Shown piece after piece: positions 46,136 through 64,000 of a stretch of DNA of 64,000 bases (position 1 is the first letter of the stretch; every line of letters starts with the position of its first letter). The stretch comes from Amoebidium appalachense (Eukaryota; Protista; Ichthyosporea). The stretch covers positions 8,076,907 to 8,140,906 of the forward strand of contig CAVNZM010000001.1 in assembly GCA_963693365.1 (NCBI GenBank), read 5' to 3'. The translations under genes and the position numbers were made by a program. A model generated the notes under the pieces. The model searched no databases, was not told the DNA's origin, and saw only the letters and a list, made by a program, of their open reading frames with translations.

Positions 46136-46166
<31 letters not shown>

Positions 46167-46228
46167 GGGGGGAGGTTGAATAATGAGTACAGGGGCAAAG
46201 GGTGTTGGGGTTGGTGGATCGAGGAATC
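45701..46228. repeat. Diverged tandem duplication interleaved with poly-G tracts
   Basis: aggtgttt..tgcggg..gtgcggggaagagc.ggggtgggaatg and tgaataa.gagtac.ggggcaa.gggtgttg..gttggtggatcgaggaatc occur at 45701-45875 and 45993-46228. Confidence 0.8.
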
Positions 46229-46242
46229 TCCAGGGAAGGTGG

Positions 46243-46278
<36 letters not shown>

Positions 46279-46385
46279 ACAGGGGCCCGCACGGGTTTGC
46301 TTTGTTTTTCTTTTTTTCTTTCTTTCTTTTTTTTTTTTTTTTTCTCTTCCCTATTTTTCTGGGCTGCTGGAGGGGAGGGGGGGGG

Positions 46386-46421
<36 letters not shown>

Positions 46422-46536
46422 TGGGGAATTGATTGGGACAGGGGTATTAAATGCCAAGTAGTCGTGCACTATGTAACAGTGTAGCCATTGAAACACACAC
46501 ATTTGGCCAACATTTGACCGTCTTGGGCCCGGCGTC

Positions 46537-46577
<41 letters not shown>

Positions 46578-46689
46578 CCCCCAACCCCAAGCAACCACCA
46601 CCAACATCCCCACCCGGGTGTTCGCCCCTCGTTTTCCGAGTCGCCGAGTGCAGGATCAGACTACCTCTTTATCCGCCAGCAAGATTGGT

Positions 46690-46880
46690 ATCATCAATAG
46701 TGAAACTATTTCGATTGGTTCTTCGAATCCTGTCCTGATTGGTGGAAACATTCATTGGTCTTCAGAACCAAATGAAGTGTTTCCATCCAATCATGGACTG
46801 GCGCTGAGTGAGGCTGCTGGCTATAAAAGCAGCAGCCGAACGAAGCTTCAATCAGTCTTCCCTCACTCAGCGCCCTTTCA
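46690..46880 (+). repeat. Direct repeat A1, containing CCAAT boxes and a TATA box
   Basis: Identical to 47898-48088; three attgg, one ccaat, and tataaaa at 46822-46828, ~120 nt upstream of the ORF start. Confidence 0.9.
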
Positions 46881-46942
46881 GACGCTGAGTTGTTAGCTGG
46901 GGCTCACGTTAGCTTGATCGGCTTCGGTATCACGGTTTCAAC

Positions 46943-47623
46943 ATGGCTTCCTCTCCTGTTTACGCTGAACGTCTCGTCGAGTTCCTGCCCAGGGCAGAGG
47001 ACACTACTCCCGTTGCCCGCGTGCAGCGCTGGACTCCGCCCCCGTCCGGCGTCTCCTTAAAGACCCGCGTGCAAGTGGCCCAGATTTCCCCGGCCACCCG
47101 GGACTTCGCCAACCTCCTGTGTGAGTACGGTCTCGTCACCGGCCCTGAGGCACTGGACCCCCAGTGGGGTTGGCTTGACCGTCTGTCCGCTGGCGCCCGT
47201 GAAGAGGTTACCGTCCTCATCGGCGCTATGTCTGCCCTCATTCAAGGTTCCAGCCTTGCCGCCGCCAAGGCCGTCACGGAGAGGCAGCTTGTTGAGCTCC
47301 TCCTGCAGTACCAGAGTGACGTCCTCCGGCTATTGGCTTCCCGTGTCAATTATCAGAAAATGGTTGCCCAACATGGCCGGGCCATCGCCGACTTTGCCCA
47401 AGCTGAAGTTCAAGGTGCCCGGGGCCTGGATTACCTCCCCGAGTACCAGAAGGGACTGAAGGCCGCCAAGCAGAAGGCCGCCAGCCTCCAGCTCGCCGAT
47501 GCCGCCCGAGCCCGCCATGGTTTCGGTTCTTCCGACGATCTGCCCGACTCCCAGCCCGGTGGCACCCGTGGGCGGGAGGCCCCCTCTCGTGGGCCCCCCT
47601 CCCCAGGTGATCGGTTCAGCTGA
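46943..47623 (+). CDS. 226-aa intronless gag-like protein of the split-repeat element
   Basis: GC3-rich uninterrupted ORF, helical. LLASRVNYQKMVAQHGRAIADF loosely resembles the conserved helix of DIRS/Ngaro ORF1 proteins (recognised by eye). Confidence 0.7.
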   Translation: MASSPVYAERLVEFLPRAEDTTPVARVQRWTPPPSGVSLKTRVQVAQISPATRDFANLLCEYGLVTGPEALDPQWGWLDRLSAGAREEVTVLIGAMSALIQGSSLAAAKAVTERQLVELLLQYQSDVLRLLASRVNYQKMVAQHGRAIADFAQAEVQGARGLDYLPEYQKGLKAAKQKAASLQLADAARARHGFGSSDDLPDSQPGGTRGREAPSRGPPSPGDRFS

Positions 47624-47874
47624 ATTCCATTTGTTCGTCCCGTACTTTCCCCACTCGCGGTACAGGGGCGTAGGAGCATCGTGAGTGGGCCTGCTGGCGT
47701 CGTCGGCCCACGTGCGTCGAGTTTATCCGCCGCGACGTCGCCCAGGGTCAAGCCATTTATGTACACTAGTTCTAGCAGTTTTATTTCTTACAAGCTTAAG
47801 ATTAATTATTTGTGGTTCTAGTCTCCGTAGTAGGTAGTTTGTATCGTTCGCCCTCAGATGTCGTTGGTCGCAGT

Positions 47875-48088
47875 AGCAATGGGATTCTCAGAAGCCAATC
47901 ATCAATAGTGAAACTATTTCGATTGGTTCTTCGAATCCTGTCCTGATTGGTGGAAACATTCATTGGTCTTCAGAACCAAATGAAGTGTTTCCATCCAATC
48001 ATGGACTGGCGCTGAGTGAGGCTGCTGGCTATAAAAGCAGCAGCCGAACGAAGCTTCAATCAGTCTTCCCTCACTCAGCGCCCTTTCA
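47875..48088 (+). repeat. B1-A2 junction (internal copy of the circular junction)
   Basis: agcaatgggattctcagaagccaat runs directly into atcatcaatagtgaaac..., sharing the AT dinucleotide. Confidence 0.88.
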
Positions 48089-48281
48089 CCCACCCATCCC
48101 GCCCGCATCTTCCTTGCTCTCACTCAGTTTGCACACACGTGGCTGTAGGTAGGCACGCCTTTCTAGACCACAGCCGAGTGCGTGGCTTTCTCTTTATGCA
48201 GTTCTCTGTAGATTTCGACGGCAACCGGATTGCCCAAACCTGTAGCCGATCTCAGCTGACAGAGCCCAATAATAAAGCGAA

Positions 48282-48306
48282 AGCAATGGGATTCTCAGAA
48301 GCCAAT
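48282..48306 (+). repeat. Direct repeat B2 (right end), preceded by aataaa at 48271-48276
   Basis: 25-nt identity to 47875-47899. Confidence 0.85.
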
Positions 48307-49134
48307 TAAGGATTTTGGTATGTGAAAACCGAGGGGGGGGGGGGGGGGGATAGTGTAGGGGCTCTTTTTTTTGGGGGGGGGGGGGGGGGGGGGGGGGAGA
48401 CCCGCCCGCCCGCCCCGCCCCTTTGCCCCTCGATCTGCACTGCAGTTAGGGAAGCAAGGTGTACTTTGTCAAACAATTCTACGTGGCGGCCAGCCCCCAC
48501 CAGGAAATTCCCCCCCACATATGCATACCCGGTGTACCACACAGACGCACACACACCCTGAGTTACACGTACACACGTACATACGTACACGCCCATGAGC
48601 GTGCGAGCATGTTGCGAATACCCCCCCCCCCCCCCCCCCCCCCCCCCTGTGTGCATGCGCACAACTCCTTCATGCCCACCGCCAACCCAATGACATTCGC
48701 TAATAGAGTGGACCCCTCCTGACCCCAGCCCTTCCCCCCCCTCCCGTCCCAAAAAAGGAAAAGAAAAAAAATAAAAACCAACTTGATTCCTCAACATTAA
48801 GTCTGGAGCTGTCAGTGAGCCCTTGTGGGTGCGGGTGGGCATGGTCGGGTGCAGTGCTAAAGCAAACAACACCTGCCTCCTACACCATATTCCGGCGGCT
48901 GATGCTGGAAAGCATCCAGTGGCACCAAGAGTGCATGCAGTTCACGAAGAGGGCCGCATGGGTGATGGCAAATGCAGACAGGGACCATGGGGTGGCCGTG
49001 CAGCTGCAAGTGGGGGTTACCCCGTTGGGTGTCAGACCCTGGCAGTGGATTTTTGTTGGCAACATCGCTTTTCTGTGGCCGGTGTACATGTATGGCATTC
49101 GTGTTAGGTTCGCGTGTATGGGCCCTTGTCGTGT

Positions 49135-49165
<31 letters not shown>

Positions 49166-49933
49166 TTTTCCCCCAGCCTTTCATTGAGCCAATCATCCCT
49201 AGTGCCATAGTATATACTGATTATTAATAAACGTCCGAACCAAACATCCCCCCATACCCTCCCATCCCCCCACGCCCCATGAATACATCCTCACCGGGCC
49301 ATCAATCCGAAAGAAAGGTTTCCGCAGCTGGGGATTCAGATAAAATATATTGCGAAACTACCACTAACCATCCCCTCCCCCTCCCCTCACCCCCCTCCCC
49401 CCCCTCCCCCCCCCTCCCTTGCACACACTCACGAGTACGCAAGCACGCACGCACACACACACGCACACACACACGCACACACACACATCTATACACCCAC
49501 ACACACACCAACCTACCCCACTTCCTCCCCCCCCCCCCCCCCTCCCCCCCCCCCCCCCCCCCCCTCCCCCGCTGCCACCCTCTTCCCCTCCCTCCCTACC
49601 CCAGGCCTTCCCTTCCCCCCTCCCCCTTCCCCCCTCCCCTCCCCCCCCCCCCCCCGCCCCTAATCCCCTTCCCCCTTAATGATCCCCCTCTCCCCCCCCC
49701 CCTTCTCCAACCACCTTTTCCCCCCCCTCCCCCCCTTCGTCTTCCCTTCTTCCCCTCCCCCCCCTCCCCTCTCCCCCCCCACCCCCCACCCTCCACACAC
49801 ACACACACGACTGGTAGAGGAAACCAGCACTGGTCATGACAGCAGCACACACAAGACCATGGCTGTGACCTCTTGGGTTGCCTGTGACCTCATCATTGGT
49901 CCCGTGGCCTGCCCGGTGGCTTCAGATACATAG

Positions 49934-49984
<51 letters not shown>

Positions 49985-50271
49985 GGTGGGTGGGTGGGTG
50001 GGTGGGTGGGTGGGTGGGTGGGTGGGTAGGGGGGGGGGGCATGCGCATACACATAATAGCTCTAAAAAAGATGTGATTGTTACGCCTATGATTACGATTA
50101 TAACATCACACGGTCGGCAGCTGCCATATATGGTAGTTCTGCAAAAACTGAAAACTTTACCTTCTCGAAACAGTGCAGATGGACATTGTGGTGTTTTGTT
50201 AATTAATATTAACACGTGTCCGAGAAGAAACACGACGTGGCAAAAAGCAGGTTTTCGGCCAATCAACAACA

Positions 50272-52771
50272 CTAAAAATCTTTGCGCGAACTAACATTAT
50301 TCTGATAATAAGTGTAGTCGAAGGGAATCGGGTCTCCGTCTGAGTCATAATCACGCGAGTCTTCTGACCTGTAATCCGAATCGAGTTTGTAAACGTACCG
50401 GTGCCGCCGTTCGTTGGCCCGTACCTTGGGCCGTACACGTTGCAGCGTGCTGCTGGTATCGATGACTTGCAGCCAATGAACACACACCAGCCGCAGCCCC
50501 CAAAAGTCCGCAAAAGGCACATAAGCAAAGATACGGGCCAGAATTTCACTGGGGAGCCGTCCCAGGCCCGTTTTGCGCCGATATGCGGGGTAGCCATCCA
50601 GTCGCCGCCAACCCGCAGAAGTCGGGGGTAGGCTGGTAGCCGTCAGCACGCAGTAGGATGGGCTCGAGCTGGGAAACAAGGCTCAATCGCAGCACTTGAA
50701 CGTCTGTAAGTTGCTTCTGGGGGGTTTTATGCACCGAAAGTATACTCTTGGGGTGGGATTTAAGCCACAGTAGGGGGGGCTCAACCTCGGGCATTATGGC
50801 CTGGTAGAGTTGTTCGGCATACTGCAGCAATGACTTGGCCTCCCCCTGGTATGCTGCAGGCAGGGCCCCCACCCAGTCATCTACCCACTCTTGCCTGCCC
50901 CCCCGCAGCAGGCCGGAAATACCAGTCGGGCACACGTCAGCCAGCCTCATAGTAGCCTCCTGCCAGTGCCCATTCTCCAGCACCAGTCGGCAGGACAGCC
51001 CCGGCCCGGCCACCTCCCAGCCCCGCAGTGCCCCCCCGAGCCTGGCCACCACCCCCTAGGTGCCGTGATCCATGCCACCCATGCCAGCCCAAATTTCGTG
51101 GCCGCATCCATTAGACCCCCCCCATCCACCTCCACCCCATCCGGGCCCACGGCCGCACGCGCTATGGCCGGCTGGTGGCCCCGGGCATTTCCGGCCGGCA
51201 GCAGGGGGGCAGTTGGCTCCCAGCTGTCCTCTGCAGGCACGACCTCAATGACATATGTCCACCCGGCGGCCAGGCGGGCAGCCAGGCAGGCTTCCTGCAG
51301 GGTTCTTGTTGCTGCGGCCCAGCCGGACATATCCATGGGGGTGGCCGGAATTACAGCCATACTGGCCCCGTACATCAACACTACCACAACCGGGCCGGTG
51401 CTGGCTGCAGTGAAGTGTAAAGGCCCGAAGCAAAGCTGGCAGGCAAGGGGTGCAGGGTAGGGGAAGGGAATGGGTGCCCGTGCAACCAGTTTGGCTGTGG
51501 CCGGGTCATAGATTTAAGCCCCGTGACGCAGCCACATAGCCGGGACATGGCCCGTGGGATACCCTGGGACAGCGCAGTCAAACAACACCAGCTATAGCCG
51601 TGCAGAGATGTCAATATGGTCATACCCTGCGTGCACGTGCACACAAACCCCTCGTTGCTTGGCCTGAGTGGGTATGCCCCCGGAGGCAGGAACTTTAGGG
51701 TAGCACCGAACATTGTAGGATGGTCGAGTAACTTCTGAAGGTTGTCTGTGTTGACGGGGCACAACGGCTGAAGCGCCACCTTGATGCATGGCAGGGCTGC
51801 ATCCTCGGTAGCTGACTTTGTCTGCAGGGGCATAATATCCCACATGCTCGTTTCTGCATGCGGGCCCCATATGGGTATACCGCAATCCCCTTCTAGTTGC
51901 ATGAGAAACCCCCGGCGTACTGTGGCAGGACACGTGTGCATGCACGGGCTGGCAGTGGGGCCACACAAGCACATCGTGCAGTAGAAGGCCGTAGAGGGGT
52001 TGCTGGGCCACTGTGCTTGCTGCAGGGCTAATAGAACACACCAGCACACTGCCGGGGGGGATACCCTCCAGCCCGTCCGGTGCAATGTCGTACACATAGT
52101 TCTGGTGGCCCTGGACCCTTGGTCTGTCCGACTGCCGGGGTTTGTCCGTGATGGCCCACGTGAATAGTTGGATGCGGCCTGTGGGTGTACGCACCAACAA
52201 GCCATCGTAGAATCCCTGTGGAAGTAGCGACATCAGATGCCCCCCTGGCCCAGCCATGCAGCCTGGTGCACGTTGCTGACTTGCCGGTTGGGCCGGAACA
52301 CGAGACATTGTCCCTTGGCCATCTGCACACCCATATCCTCAAGCACCCCTTGCACGGCATCAACAAACCCACCCGTTGCCACCATTTCAGGCGCCAAGGT
52401 CAGGGCCCCAACACCCCCTATCTGCTGAGGGTTGGGTTGGTCTCAGCGGGGCCCAGCTGAGCAGCGAGAAACGGCACGGAACTTGCAGGGTGGGTGGGTG
52501 GAAGCGCGCGGGTGGCTTTCTCTAGGTGCAGACCCTCAACACGGCCCGTCGGCGGTGCCTGCACATAGAAGGACATGCCGGCTGAGAGTATACGTGCAGT
52601 GCCGTTCGAGTCACCAAACTGCTGCCTCCACTCTCCCAATACAAGCACGGAACCGGGAGCGTGGGCAAGGGCGATGGTGGTTAGACCAATCAGCTGCTGT
52701 GCCGTATTAGGATGGTAGTTGCTGCAGTGGAGGAGGAGAGGGCCGGATATGCGGCTACGCTCACGGTCGAC
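50272..52771 (-). pseudogene. Frameshifted large exon: degenerate capping-enzyme/ligase-like domain + degenerate T4 Rnl1-like RNA ligase domain + C-terminal F-box
   Basis: Acceptor cccacag| at 52771; GC-rich, microsatellite-free 2.5 kb; coding signal hops frames about 6 times. F-box LGRLPSEILARIFAYVPFADFWGLRLVCVHWLQVI at 50565-50461 is clear. Ligase-like motifs WAAATR, GWTYVIEVV, LLLHDVLVW, NEGFV are weaker. Confidence 0.55.
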
Positions 52772-52964
52772 CTGTGGGGGGGAGGGGGTGGGGGAAGGGG
52801 GGGGGAGGGGGGAGGGGGAATGGGGGTGGGGGGGGGTGGGGGGAGGGGAGTGCAGGGAGGGGGGGGGGGGGTAGGGGAGGGAGAGGAGAGGGGGGGCAGG
52901 GAGGGAGGGGGGGGAAGGGGGGAGGGGGGGGGGGGGGGTGGGGGAGGGGGGAGGGGAGAAGGGA

Positions 52965-53092
52965 TGTTAGAATGTGTTGCAGAGTACGAAGTGCATCATT
53001 ACGGGCAACACAATAGCAGAGGGCCGAGCTATGTATTGTAGGCAGAGTTCATCGTTAAGGGGCGGAATCATCCGCAGTACCCGTAATGCCAC
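52965..53092 (-). mobile_element. Highly diverged copy of the structured 3'-terminal module
   Basis: Minus strand: cgggtactgcggatga...gatgaactctgccta...acttcgtact...aacacattc then a C-rich tract; same block order as 62841-62972. Confidence 0.65.
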
Positions 53093-53442
53093 CCCTGCAT
53101 CTTCCCCCCCCCCCCTTCCCCCCCCCCCCCCCCCCCCCCCCACCCCCTCTCTCAACCCCTATTCCCTACACCCCCCACAGCCATGCACAGTGCCACACAC
53201 CATCCGTAATATCACATATACGTACCCCCCCTCCCCCTAAAAAGATGTGCCTTATTAAGGCTTGGAAGGTCCACCATCCCCGTCGTCAAAACCATAAATT
53301 AAAGGCAAAACAGCCCAGAACCGTCATTTCTAGCAAAATATCTCTGTACACCCTGAAAATTGAATTTGCGTGGAGTCACAACGGACAGCAAGGTCGAGTG
53401 GGTGGGTGTATGTGTTGTGTGTGTGTGGGGCGGGCGGGCGGT

Positions 53443-53474
<32 letters not shown>

Positions 53475-53530
53475 GGGACGAGAGAAAGGTGTGGAATATG
53501 TGTGCCTGTGTCCATGGTGGTGGAGCAGAA

Positions 53531-53562
<32 letters not shown>

Positions 53563-53766
53563 GATATTTACTGTGTATGTGCTGTTGTCAGCTTGAAATC
53601 TGGGAGTAACACGGAATATTAAATGTTCTAGGGTCTGAAAACGGTGAAAATAAAGCTGAAATGCCGGATGATTTGCATAACATTATACTCTTTACATTTT
53701 TCGCTCATGTCACTCACACGCGTGTATCCCGTGAGACAGCCATATGTAAAACTTGTTGCTGCCACC

Positions 53767-53804
<38 letters not shown>

Positions 53805-54168
53805 TTGGTATATTTTTTTGCCCGCTTTGTTTGATCAGTCAGGTAGGTACACTTCTGCAAATGGCTGTAAAGCATGAGCATTCAATGGTATGCCGAGTAA
53901 TTCTTTTGAAGACTCTCAAATGGTTCTTGTTCCTGCCTGCATAATTTCATGTCTTGGGGAATCAGTACTTGGATAGTCCCCCCCCTCCCCCCCCTACCCC
54001 TCCCCTCCCGCTTCCCGCTTCCCCCCCCTCCCCCACCCACCCACCCCCCCGGGGCAATAAAACCACACACACACACACGCACACACGCACACATACACGC
54101 ATGATGCACGCAGGCACGCAGGCATGCATGCACGCCCACACGCAGGCACGCGCGCACGCGCGCGCGCG

Positions 54169-54260
<92 letters not shown>

Positions 54261-54984
54261 GGCCATCCCTCTCCTCTGCCACTATCGATCTAAACCGCCT
54301 CCCTCCTTTCCCACTTTTCGATTTCTTCTTTCTTAGTGGTGTCCATCTGCGAATGTTTTGTGAGTGAGAAAGGGGAGGAAAGAAAGGGTGGGGGGGGGGG
54401 GGGGGGGGGGGGGGGGGATAACTCATATAGACACGTTCTCATAGTGAACGGTAAAAGGACAGCAAGAAGTGGAGAGACGGGAGGGAAAGGTGATGGGTTA
54501 AACAGGGAGTTTAGGAGTCAATGGTGAGGGGAGTGAGAGGGTTGTTGGGAGGGGAAAGGGTTGAAGCTCATGATAATGACTAAGCAGTGCTTGTAAAGAA
54601 AGGGAAACGTTTTGGCAAGGAGCAAACGGTACTGGTAAAGGAGAGTGGGGAGGGGCGGAGGTGGACGAAAGGGATGGGATGTGATGGTGATGGTGGTGGT
54701 GGTGGTGGTGGTGGTGGGAGGGGGGAGGGGGGAGGGGAGGGGGGGGAGGGGGGGGGGGGGGGGGGAGAGAGAGGAGAGAGGTTGGAAGGTAAACAGGCAC
54801 GTTGTTTCCGAGGGTAAAACGGACTGCAAGAAATAGCGAGATATGAGGGAAAGGCGGGTGAATTGAGTTAGGACAGTAGGGGTCGATGGTGGTTGGTGAT
54901 GGTGGTGGTGGGGGAAGGGGGGGGGAGAGGGGGGGGATGGGAGGGAGGGGGGAGGGGGGAGGGGGGGGGGGGGAGTTTCTTGCC

Positions 54985-55062
54985 CTGATTGAATGTGTTG
55001 CAAAGTTCATCAACCTCTGATTTGATTGGCTTAATTAATATCATCCAATCAGTTTCGTGTGT
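54985..55062 (-). mobile_element. Possible further diverged copy of the module core
   Basis: Minus strand: cgaaactgattggatgat...gatgaactttgcaacacattc followed shortly by poly-C. Confidence 0.45.
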
Positions 55063-55639
55063 CAAACTTCAGGTCTCATATCTCAGCCTGAGTGAATGTG
55101 TACGCACCCAAAAAATATTTAAATCCTTCGAATTCATAGTTCGTGCATACATAAGGGTTCCGAAACAGAGTCTGCCGAGGGACCGTCCCCATAATTTATG
55201 CAGCGAACTCAGTTGCCGCCCTACATGTAAAGATAGCGGCATATTTACATGTGGTGTTTTGTTAGGTCCCTGTGGGCTGTTAGCAGTAAGAGATTCTTAG
55301 CGAAGGAGGGGGGGGGGCCCAACCACACCATGGTAACCGAGGGGGAGGGGGGGGATTTAACCGTAGGGATGGGAGGGTCCTTCCCCCCCCCCCCCCCCCC
55401 CTCTCTTCCCTTGTTCATGCGATGGCCAAACCTCAACATCTCTCTCCCTCTTGCAAGAGGGTAATGGTGGAACATGTGGGGTGAGTGGGTCCCGCCCTCC
55501 CTCCTCCGCACCCCCCCCCCCCCCGGCCCATTCCCCTGCCAACCCCCCCCCCCCCTCCCCTTTCCCCCTCTTCCCCTCCCCCCCCCCCCCCCCCAAAAAA
55601 AAAAAAAAAAAAAAACTCGTACTACCTCCACGTCTACAC

Positions 55640-55671
<32 letters not shown>

Positions 55672-55938
55672 AAAAAAACAAAAAAAAACAAAAAGAAAAC
55701 CCTCTACCTCCCTCTCCTCTCCCCGTCCTTTCCGTGGTAGCTGCCCCCCCCCCCCCCCCCCCCTCGCATCCCCTCCCCCCTCCCCCCTCTCAGCTCACTC
55801 ACCATCCAGCAGCTAGCCGAAGGCCATGGGTAGATCCCCCCCCCCCCCCCCCCCCCTCTCCTCCCCTCCCCCCCTCCCCCCACAAAAAAAAAGGTTACCA
55901 TTACCCCCTCCCTCCCCCCACCCCAATGGCAACCCCCC

Positions 55939-55971
<33 letters not shown>

Positions 55972-56271
55972 TTTCAGAATCGACATTCCCATAGCTATTA
56001 GTAGGAGTAGGGGCTCTAAATAGCTGAGCAGATCGTTAACGCACAAACGTGACCGTCTAAACATGCTGTACGCCTTTTTCGGTCCACTGGCCTGGAATAG
56101 TCATCGATCACTCTTAGTCGGTTAAGGCTCTAACGGCTTCCCGTGATTACTCGAGCTTGCATACGTCGTATGTTCATCATCCGCCCAGAGGACACGCTTG
56201 TCGCACGCTGCTTATGTACACGTGTGTATATGTACACACACACCCACACACGCACTACGCACTCATACACA

Positions 56272-56329
<58 letters not shown>

Positions 56330-56364
56330 GCACACGCACACGCACAAGCACACGCACAAGCACA

Positions 56365-56503
<139 letters not shown>

Positions 56504-56793
56504 CGAATTCAGCAAACGTGACACAAACACGCCAGCACAGGGCTAAGCGTCTCAAGTTGAAATCAAACAGTATTTAGGTACGCACTGATCCAGCATGGCA
56601 TGCTGCGTTTTCCATTACGTCTGCACAATATTTTTTTTACGGTTTCCTTTTCCTCTCTCTTTTGCCAAGGAAAAAGAAGTGTGTGTGTGGGAGGGGTTGC
56701 AATAAAATTGAATATTTAGAAAGTAGTACTCCCCACAAGCGAGGTTGAAGAAGTGCAGCCGTGGGCTAATTAAGTATTCAGCGTGCTAGCGGC

Positions 56794-56916
<123 letters not shown>

Positions 56917-57361
56917 CGTACGCACGCACGCACGCGCACACACCCACACCCACGCACACACACTCACACGCACACGCACGCACACGCGCACACACACAAC
57001 CGTGGTCACACAGAAAACGTTAACGTTTCGGCAATGACCCCCCCCCCCACACACACAGGTACAGTGTCATGATCACACATACACTCGCCCACCCACGTGC
57101 ACCCACACACATACGGACACACAACACGACATACACACATCATGACACACATTTAAACAAAGGCACAGGAAGACACAAACATACATGTACATGATGCCCA
57201 AATCTTGGCACACTAACTACAAACATTAGTTCTGTGACCCGCTGTATGACACACGCAGTGTGACTGCACAGCACCGTCAGTCCCGTCACCCTGCGGGCCG
57301 GCAATGAAGGTGTGATTGCGCAAACATTCCTGAACCGATAAAAGATTTTAGAGGCTTCCAT

Positions 57362-57983
57362 ATATAGCTATTTAGTTTCTATTTATGGTCATAAAAATAC
57401 CGCTGCTAATTTGATTCCCGGGATGCGACCAATCATTTCGCACAAAAGCGGTTAGGAATTGCTGCTGTCAAAGGGTAGTCACTCTGAGTGCTGTCTCCCT
57501 GTGGCCTGTGACATACCTTGTATGTTGCCGCAGGCGACTTTCACTAGACAAAGTTTGATCGCGCGTAATCGGATCTGGCTTTACGAGCAGCGATTGGTTC
57601 AAATTGACGTAAACCCAGCCTACTAGTAAAAAGAAGACGTGATCTGCCTGCCCAGGCTATTTTGTACAATGAGATTAGACGATCGCTTTAAAACTTTTAA
57701 GCATTTCGATAGGTCATTACATATTGGGCGATCTGATTGGTCATTACAGCTAGAAGGACCCAGCCGGAGACGTCCCGCAGAGTCGTAGGCCGCCCGGGCC
57801 ACTAACGTCAGCCAGCGGGTACAAAGCCTTGGAGACTATGTCAAATGCTTTTTGAAAATTTTGAAACTTTTTTCTTCACTTGGGCGAGTTCTTGATGCCT
57901 GTCACCTGCCTACGAGGGGGAGAGGCTTGGAAAACAGTTTGTTGGGAGACTTCTTAGTGCAAGTTTCCGGCTGGGAGGAAGCC
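57362..57983. promoter_or_regulatory. Probable (bidirectional) promoter with several CCAAT boxes
   Basis: Microsatellite-free stretch with ccaat 57429 and attgg 57593, 57723, 57736, upstream of ATG 57984 and of a candidate minus-strand ORF starting at 57361. Confidence 0.45.
57476..57538. repeat. Short dispersed element, copy 2
   Basis: Same 26-nt and 18-nt blocks as 35885-36003, with a 19-nt unrelated spacer. Confidence 0.8.
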
Positions 57984-63894
<5,911 letters not shown>

Positions 63895-64000
63895 GTATGG
63901 GGCCTTTTTTTTTATTTTATTTTTTTTCCCCCCATTTATTTATTTTTTTTCCCTTCCTGGTCAAATTGCTGGGCCTTTGCCTTCCCCCCCCCCCCCCCCC

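Larger units (their letters stand above)
46690..48306 (+). mobile_element. Non-autonomous split-direct-repeat (Ngaro/PAT-type tyrosine-recombinase) retrotransposon, gag-like ORF only
   Basis: A1 46690-46880 = A2 47898-48088 (191 bp, identical by eye); B1 47875-47899 = B2 48282-48306 (25 bp). The B1A2 junction equals the circularised ends. No target-site duplication. Confidence 0.75.

Noticed and set aside
46690-48088. Classical LTR retrotransposon/TRIM element
   Set aside because: No TG..CA ends, PBS, PPT or TSD; the extra B repeats fit split direct repeats better.
48790-49130. Coding exon in a complex GC-rich island
   Set aside because: Open on both strands, with no recognisable motif or phase-consistent neighbours; left unassigned.

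Overview
Intron-rich eukaryotic genomic DNA, probably from a unicellular eukaryote (taxon not determinable here), saturated with poly-G/poly-C tracts and (CA)n/(GT)n/(GA)n microsatellites. Most ORFs in the six-frame track are repeat artefacts. Spliced genes reconstructed by hand with consistent GT-AG phases: a partial HAD-like hypothetical gene, RAD51C, an AMPK beta subunit, a very large C2H2 / RE-dipeptide / RING-B-box-coiled-coil protein, a C1orf53/DUF5522-like gene and a partial anoctamin-like gene. A single-exon small membrane protein is also present. The accessory content is the most interesting part. (1) An intact but 5'-truncated Penelope-like reverse transcriptase with no endonuclease sits in a poly-C tract inside an intron and is followed by structured RNA modules. 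The last module has at least 5 more dispersed copies that end in C-tracts and show a covarying stem. (2) A young, gag-only element has split direct repeats (A1-ORF-B1A2-B2) of the Ngaro/PAT tyrosine-recombinase retrotransposon type. (3) A frameshifted gene appears to encode two degenerate ligase/capping-type nucleotidyltransferase folds plus a C-terminal F-box. All domain calls are by eye and have not been checked by database search.
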